Shown here piece by piece: positions 57,013-64,000 of a stretch of DNA of 64,000 nt. The stretch lies in the NCBI RefSeq assembly GCF_039654945.1, contig NW_027361728.1, positions 12,772,001 through 12,836,000 on the forward strand. Reading direction: 5' to 3'. Below the pieces are notes generated by a model. That model worked only from the letters and a program-made list of their open reading frames with translations, did not search any database and was not told the DNA's origin. How positions within the stretch are numbered: the first letter of the stretch is position 1; every line of letters starts with the position of its first letter. The position numbers and the translations under genes are program-made. Source of the stretch: Dendrobates tinctorius. Its lineage: Eukaryota.

Positions 57013-57453
57013 TTAAACAACAAACTCATTATATAAAACAGTAACATATTCTAAAACGTATTCCAGGAAAAAAAGGAAATTCAATTTCACTCACCGTCTT
57101 ATACTCATCAGAAGTTTATGTTTTGGAAGGCACTGATACAAGACTAAAGTTAGCTAAATTTGCCCTCATCAGGGAATCGGATGCCAATGTAGCAACTTCC
57201 TGACTTTTACCCAACAGATTATGCTGGGGAAGAGATAAGGATAAGACCTGCTGAATTTCATTGGCAAATATTTTGCTCTTCGTTGCAGCAGCTGCCATTT
57301 AGCGCACAAAGGAGCACTTGGCCGAGCCAAACAGCGTATGGGGGATGGGGGAGAGAGCCGTGGACCGTGTGATTTTTTTGCTACTTAATGTGTATGGGAG
57401 GCTTAAAAAAAAGCAGAACTTAAAATTTTATGGGTTAAACCTGTGTGAATGTA

Positions 57454-57770
57454 CAGTTAGATCCATATATATTTGGACAGAGACAACATTTTTCTCATTT
57501 TGGTTCTAGACATTACCACAATGAATTTTAAACAAAACAATTCAGATGCAGTTGAAGTTCAGACTTTCAGCTTTCATTTGAGGGTATCAACATTAAAATT
57601 GGATGAAGGGTTTAGGAGTTTCAGCTCCTTAACACGTGCCACCGTTTTTAAAGGGACCAAAAGTAATTGGACAATTGACTCCAAGGTTATTTCATGGACA
57701 GGTGTGGGCAATCCCTTCGTTATGTCATTCTCAAATAAGCAGCTAAAAGGCCTGGAGTTGATTTGAGGTC
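57454..57770. mobile_element. Tc1-like terminal fragment
   Basis: TA|CAGTTAGATCCATATATATTTGGACA start and an inner AAAAGTAATTGGACA repeat ~190 bp in; no partner end found. Confidence 0.6.
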
Positions 57771-58609
57771 TGCATCTCTGACCCACTCTTTATTTTGGCT
57801 TACAAAATAAAGTTTTGCAATGTTGGGCTCTACATGCATGTGCTGCGACTGTGACACATGCAGCTGCGGCGCCAATCAGCTGGCGCGATCCAGGAAGCCG
57901 TGCTCCCTCTGCAGCTTATTCGGTAAGCACTATAGCTTGCCGAATAAGAGGGAACCCGAACAAATTCGCTCAACTCAACTTGCAATCCCTTCCCAGACAA
58001 GACATAATACTCAAAGGAAGGTATAAGAATTAAGCAGGAGTTTCAGTGTTTCTAGTGAAAAAAAGACTGAAGATGTATTAACACAAAAAAAAACAAAAAA
58101 CAAATAATATATCACTTCAGTATGACTCAGTGGGTATATCGGGTGAACAGACTGAGAGTCTATAACCAATGCACATTAGATAGATGGCTCCCGCATTCTC
58201 TTCCGACTTCCCTATACATGGTGGGCATTGTTCAAGAGTTCTCTGTGGTTGCCGCTGCCAGAATCATCTAACTGCAGCTTAACTTGTTTCTTCAGCGGTC
58301 TGGATCCTTCTCTGCCGCTGACATCATGTGGGGTTCAGCTGACTTTAGTCTTGTGCACAAGGGCCTGAAGTCTGTGATCATTTAACAGTAATTATGTGAC
58401 TCAAGTACAATCTACTATCCCCTGTTTCAATTAGGAGATAAGATGACAGCAATGTACATCAAATGGAAAACGGAACAGGAAAGTCATCATTGGTAGGGAA
58501 ATAACACCCCCTGAAATAACAAATTTATCTCAGATTAAACTTCTAGTCTGGAGGGGCTCTCCAAACTTTCACATGAAACTTTGAAGGAGCATTTTTTCTT
58601 TATAACATA

Positions 58610-59850
58610 CTAGCTGAAGAGACCGGCGCTGCCCGGGCATACTAACTAACTGTGGTTAGTTGTAGCAAATTATAATTATCCTCCATCCCATAGTCCCGTG
58701 CCCATATACCCATCACACATCCTCCATCCCATAGTCCCATGCCCATATACGCATCACACATCCTTCATCCCATAGTCCCATGCCCATACACCCATCATAC
58801 ATATTCGCCATCCCATAGTCGAGTGCCCATATACCCATCATACATATCCGCCATCCCATAGGCCCGTGCCCATATACCCATCATACATATCCTCCATCCC
58901 ATAGTCCAGTGCCCATATACCCATCACATATCCTCCATCCCATAGTCCCATGCCCATATACCCATCATACATATTCTCCATCCCATAGTCGAGTGCCCAT
59001 ATACCCATCACACATCTTTCATCTCATAGTCCCATGCCCATATACCCATCATACATATCCTCCATCCCATAGTCCCGTGCCCATATACCCATCATACATA
59101 TCCGCCATCTCATAGTTCCGTGCCCATATACCCGTCATACATATCCTCCATCCCATAGTCCAATGCCCATATACCCATCACACATCCTCCATCCCATAGT
59201 CCCGTGCCCATATACATATCCGCCATCCCATAGTCCCGTGCCCATATGCCTGTCAAACATATCCTCCATCCCATAGTCAAGTGCCCATATACCCATCACA
59301 CATCCCTCCATCCCATAGTCCCGTGCCCATATACATATCCGCCATCCCATAGTCCCGTGCCCATATACCCGTCATACATATCCCTCCATCCCATAGTCCA
59401 GTGCCTATATACCCATCACACATCCTCCATCCCATAGTCAACCATTATGACATCATAATGAGCGGCGGCGGGGCTTGCGTCCTATGATGACATCAGCGTC
59501 GCCATGGCAACCGCTGTGACATCAAAATGAGGGGCGAGGCTTGATACGCACACACTGCTTCCCCAGTATGCGAATAGGGGCATTATGACATCACAATGAG
59601 GGGCGGGGCTTGACACGCACACACTTTTTCCCCCAGTATGTAGATAGGGGCAAAATTGTTTGGTAAATTGGAACGTGCGGGGTTAAAATTTCGCCTCACA
59701 ACATAGCTTAGGACGCTCTCGGGGTCCAGACGTATGACTGTGTCAAATTTTGTGGCTGTAGCTGCGACGGTGCGGATGCATGTCCCGGACATACACACAC
59801 ACGTACATACACACACACGTACATACACACTTTGAGCTTTATATATTAGA
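58610..59850 (-). mobile_element. Second copy of the non-autonomous Helitron
   Basis: Reverse complement of 37560-38734: A|TCTAATATATAAAGC ... hairpin ... CAGCTAG|T, with the same ~40-bp minisatellite (58680-59440). Confidence 0.88.
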
Positions 59851-59853
59851 TAT

Positions 59854-59920
<67 letters not shown>

Positions 59921-59950
59921 GATATATATATTGAGATATATATATTATAT

Positions 59951-61267
59951 AAGACAGTATGCTAGAAGATGCCAATAAAGCACTGGCATCAATACCAACC
60001 ACCACCATAACTCAAACTAATAAACTTATCTATGCTACTGCCTCAGCAATCATCGAAATGTTTGGCTATACAACCAGCAAGAACAACCAATATGTGCCCC
60101 CCTTGGAAAAAAGAGGACTGGAGACAAAGATGAAGGGGACACGAAGGGAAGTCAGGCAACTTACAGAAATATAGAAGGGTGTAAAGATCAAGAATAAGAC
60201 CAAGCTGGACAAATACAAAGACCTGACCCCAACTGAAGCCCAAGAGACTGCTAACCAAAGGCTCACAGCATTTGCTGAAAGACTAGGGAGATATATTAGA
60301 GAAGTTGAGGCCAAGAAGATAAAAGCCCTGTTCTCCAAAGAACCATTCAAGGTGTACTCCCAACTACAGAGTAACAGCACAAAGGCAGCAACTCTACCAA
60401 TAGCACAGACTGAACAATACTGGAGTAACCTATGGGAGAAGGAAAAAATGCACACCACCAGTGCAATGTGGCTGCAAGATCTGAAAATGAAACACAACAA
60501 CCACCTAGAGCAAGAACCAGTCACCATTACAGAAGCAGACAACCAACAATGGGTCAACAACATGAAGAGCTGGACAGCACCTTAGCCAGACATGATCCAC
60601 ACCTACTGGCTAAAGAAATTAACAGCGGTACATGAACACATGGCAAAGCAGATGAACCAACTACTAGAAGGCGGCCACCACCCAGCTTGGCTAACACAAG
60701 GAAAAACAGTGCTGATCATGAAGGATCCTCATAAAGGAACAGTTCCATCCAACTACCGACCAACAACCTACCTTACAACAACATGGAAACTTCTGTCAGG
60801 CATCATAACCACCAAGGCTTCAGAACCATACGAACCAGTACATGAATCCAGCTCAGAAAGGCATTGGGACCGACACCAGAGGCTCTAAGCACCAGCTTCT
60901 AGTAGATCTTGAAGACTCAAGATCCAGACAGACCAATCTCAGTACAGACTGGATGGACTACAGGAAAGCCTATGAGTCAATGCCACACACATGGATCTGT
61001 GAATGCTTCGCTCTCCTCAATGTCAACAGAAAATTAGGAACCTTCCTCAAAAACTCAATGGGGCTATGGAGAACAACATTGGAAGTCAACTCGAGACAAC
61101 TAGCAAAAGTGACTATCAAATGCTGCAAATACCAAGGTGATGCACTGCCCCATTGTTGTTCTGCATAGGCTTGAACCCCCCCCCCAGTTAGATAATTACA
61201 GAGTCAGGCTTTGGATACAAGTTCAAGAGTGGAAGCACCATCAGCCACCTTCTCTACATAGATAACA
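59951..61267 (+). mobile_element. Non-LTR retrotransposon RT fragment, R4/Dong-like, defective
   Basis: KSWTAP*PDMIHTYWLKKL, GKTVLIMKD, SNYRPTTYL, AQKG...RGSKHQLLVD, WMDYRKAYESMPH, YQGDAL and ISHLLYIDNI (degenerate YxDD). It is cut at a TTAA by the next element. The clade is assigned from recalled motifs. Confidence 0.8.
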
Positions 61268-61271
61268 TTAA

Positions 61272-64000
61272 CCCCTTCCCGACCTGTGACACAGCGTATG
61301 CGTCATGAAAGTCGGTGCCAATCCGACCTATGACGCATACCCTGTGTCATGAATTCAAAGCCCCCCTGCGGGTCGGGTGACCGGGGTCAATGAAAGGTCA
61401 CCTGACCCGCAGATACAGGGGGCTTTGTAATTCACCACAGGGGGCGTGGCTTCGCCCTCACGTGGCTACGATCGCTCTGATTGGCTGTTAAAAGTGAAAC
61501 AGCCAATCAGAGCGATAGTAATATTTCATCAATGAAAATTGATGAAATATTACAATCCAGCCATGGCCGATGCTGCAATAGCATCGGACATGGCTGGAGA
61601 CACCGATTCGACCCCCCCCACCGGCGATCGCCCCCCTCGCCACTGAATGACAGCGGCGATCTGCCGCCGCTGTCATCATCTGCCCCCCTCCCATTCCCTC
61701 TGTTCCCCGCCAGCTTCCGATCCCCCCCTCACCCACTCTCACCGTCCCCGGCACCTTCTAAGTCCCCCTGTCGCTCCCGGTGTCAGGCGGGTCCGGTTCA
61801 TGGGCGCCGCCATCTTAGAAAATGGCGGGCGCATGCGCAGTGCGCCTGCCCGAATCTGCCGGCTGCAGATTCCATTATTTAATTTTGATCACTCTCACAG
61901 TGATCAAAATGAAATAAAAAGTAAATGAACCCCCCAATTATCACCCCCATAGGTAGGCAGAACTAATAAAATAAAGAAAATATTTTTATTTTTCCATCAG
62001 GGTTAGGGTTAGGGTTGAAAAGAGGGTTAGGGTTGGAAAAGAGGGTTAGGGTTGGAAAGAGGGTTAGGGTTGGAAAGAGGGTTAGGGTTGGAAAGAGGGT
62101 TAGGGTTGGAAAGAGGGTTAGGGTTGGAAAGAGGGTTAGGGTTGGAAAGAGGGTTAGGGTTGGAAAGAGGGTTAGGGTTGGAATTAGGGTGAGGGTTGGA
62201 ATTAGGGTGAGGGTTGGAATTAGGGTGAGGGTTGGAATTAGGGTGAGGGTTGGAATTAGGGTTAGAATTAGGGTTAGGCTTGTGGTTAGTGTTATGGTTA
62301 GTGTTGGGGTTAGGTTTATGGTTAGGGTTGGGATTAGGGTTAGGGATGTGTTGGGGTTAGGGTTGTGGTTAGGGGTGTGTTGGGGTTAGGGTTGGAGTTA
62401 GAATTGAGGGGTTTCCACTGTTTAGGCACATCAGGGGGTCTCCAAACGCGATATGGTGCAACCTTTGATTCCAGCCAATTTTGCGTTCAAAAAGTCAAAC
62501 GGTGCTCACTCCCTTCCAAGCCCCGACGTGTGCCCAAACAGTGGTTTACCCCAACATATGGGGTATCAGCGTACTCAGGAAAAATTGCACAACAACTTTT
62601 GGGGTCTAATTTCTCCTGTTACCCTTGGGAAAATAAAAAATTGGGGGCTAAAAAATTATTTTTGTGGAAAAAAAATGTTTTTTTCATTTTCATGTCTCTG
62701 CATTATAAACTTCTGTGAAGCACTTGGGGGTTCAAAGTGCTCACCATACATCTACATAAGTTCCTTGGAAGGTCTAGTTTCCAAAATGGGGTCACTTGTG
62801 GGGGGTTTCCACTGTTTAGGCACATCAGGGGCTCTGCAAACGTAATGACAACTGCAGACTATTCCATCAAAGTCTGCATTTCAAAACGTCACTACTTCCA
62901 TTCCGAGCCCTGACGTGTGCTCAAACAATGGTTCCCCCACACATATGGGGTATCAGCGTACTCAGGACAAACTGGACAACAACTTTTGGGGTCCAATTTA
63001 TCCTGTTACCCTTGTGAAAAAAAAAATTGCGGGCTAAAAATCATTTTTTTTGAGGGAAAAAAATGATTTTTTATTTTCACGGCTCTGCGTTATAAACTTC
63101 TGTGAAGCACTTGGGGGTTCAAGGTGCTCACCACACATCTAGATAAGTTCCTTGGGGAGTCAAGTTTCCAAAATGGGGTCACTTGTGGGGGGGTTTCTAC
63201 TGTTTAGGTACACAGGGGCTCAGCAAATGTAACATGACGCCCGCAGACCATTCCATCAAAGTCAGCATTTCAAAATGTCACTACTTCCCTGCTGAGACCC
63301 AACGTGTGCCCAAACAGTGGTTCCCCCCCACATATGGGGTACCAGCGTACTCAGGACAAACTGGACAACAACTTTTGGGGTCCAATTTCTCCTGTTACCC
63401 TTGTGAAAATAAAAAATTGCGAGCTAAAAATTCATTTTTTGAGGAAAAAAAAGATTTTTATTTTCATGGCTCTGCGTTACAATCTTCTGTGAAGCACTTC
63501 GGCGTTCAAGGTGCTCACCACACATCTAGGCAAGTTCCTTATGGGGTCTAGTTTCCAAAATGGGGTCACTTGTGGGGGTTTCCATAGTTTAGGTACATCA
63601 AGGGCTCTGCAAATGTAACATGACGACCGCAGACCATTCCATCAAAGTCAGCATTTCAAAATGTCACTACTTCCCTTCCGAGCCCCGACGTGTGCCCAAA
63701 CAGTGGTCCCCCCCCCACATATGGGGTACCAGCGTACTCAGGACAAACTGGAAAACAACTTTTGGGGTCCAATTTATCCTGGTACCCTTGTGAAAATAAA
63801 AAATTGCCGACTAAAAAATTTTGTTTTTAGGAAAAAAGATTTTTTATTTTCACTGCATTATAAACTTCTGTGAATCACCTGGGGGTTCAAAGTGCTCACT
63901 ATGCATCTAGATAAGTTCCTTAGGGGGTCTAGATTCCAAAATGGGGTTAGTTGTGGGGGAGCTCCAAAGTTTAGGCACACAGGGGCTCTCCAAACACGAC
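61272..64000 (+). mobile_element. Third piggyBac-like non-autonomous element, running off the window
   Basis: TTAA|CCCCTTCCCGACC start with the same architecture as 51463: palindromic 5' part, TTAGGG block and at least four ~385-bp repeats. Confidence 0.8.
61998..62400 (+). repeat. Telomere-like TTAGGG-derived array with 18-bp higher-order units
   Basis: (GGGTTAGGGTTGGAAAGA)n, then (GGGTGAGGGTTGGAATTA)n, then degenerate hexamers. Confidence 0.92.

Noticed and set aside
57116-57298. 60-aa ORF MAAAATKSK... as a small protein or first exon
   Set aside because: No recognisable homology, and it stops before the donor site and cannot join the xxylt1 frame.
61998-62400. True telomere or fusion scar; KRVRVG-repeat protein
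   Set aside because: The repeats are degenerate, unidirectional and embedded at the same position in three transposon copies.

Overview
Repeat-rich vertebrate genomic DNA, most likely an anuran (frog), judged from the transposon families present; the species cannot be fixed from sequence alone. Only one host coding exon is recognisable: a 133-bp minus-strand exon (34396-34528) of xxylt1 (xyloside xylosyltransferase 1) carrying the DLD metal-binding motif. The rest of the window is therefore read as its two flanking introns. These are packed with transposable elements, often nested. They include one full-length Tc1 with an open DD34E transposase ORF, several decayed Tc1 copies, a Harbinger transposase pseudogene with many Harbinger MITEs, and hAT elements including a 6-kb palindromic one. 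Also present are Tc2/pogo-like and Kolobok-like MITEs, TTAA/CCCCTT piggyBac-like elements carrying TTAGGG blocks and ~385-bp internal repeats, two Helitrons, two solo LTRs, and L2, R4/Dong and Penelope-like retroelements. Most long ORFs in the track are artefacts of tandem repeats. I found no convincing new multi-gene system. The best leads are three hammerhead-ribozyme-like motifs with three different 3:8 core pairs, a candidate poison exon, the giant intronic palindrome, the intact Tc1 and the telomere-repeat-carrying transposons. Coordinates were counted by eye, and family names come from recalled motifs, not database searches.
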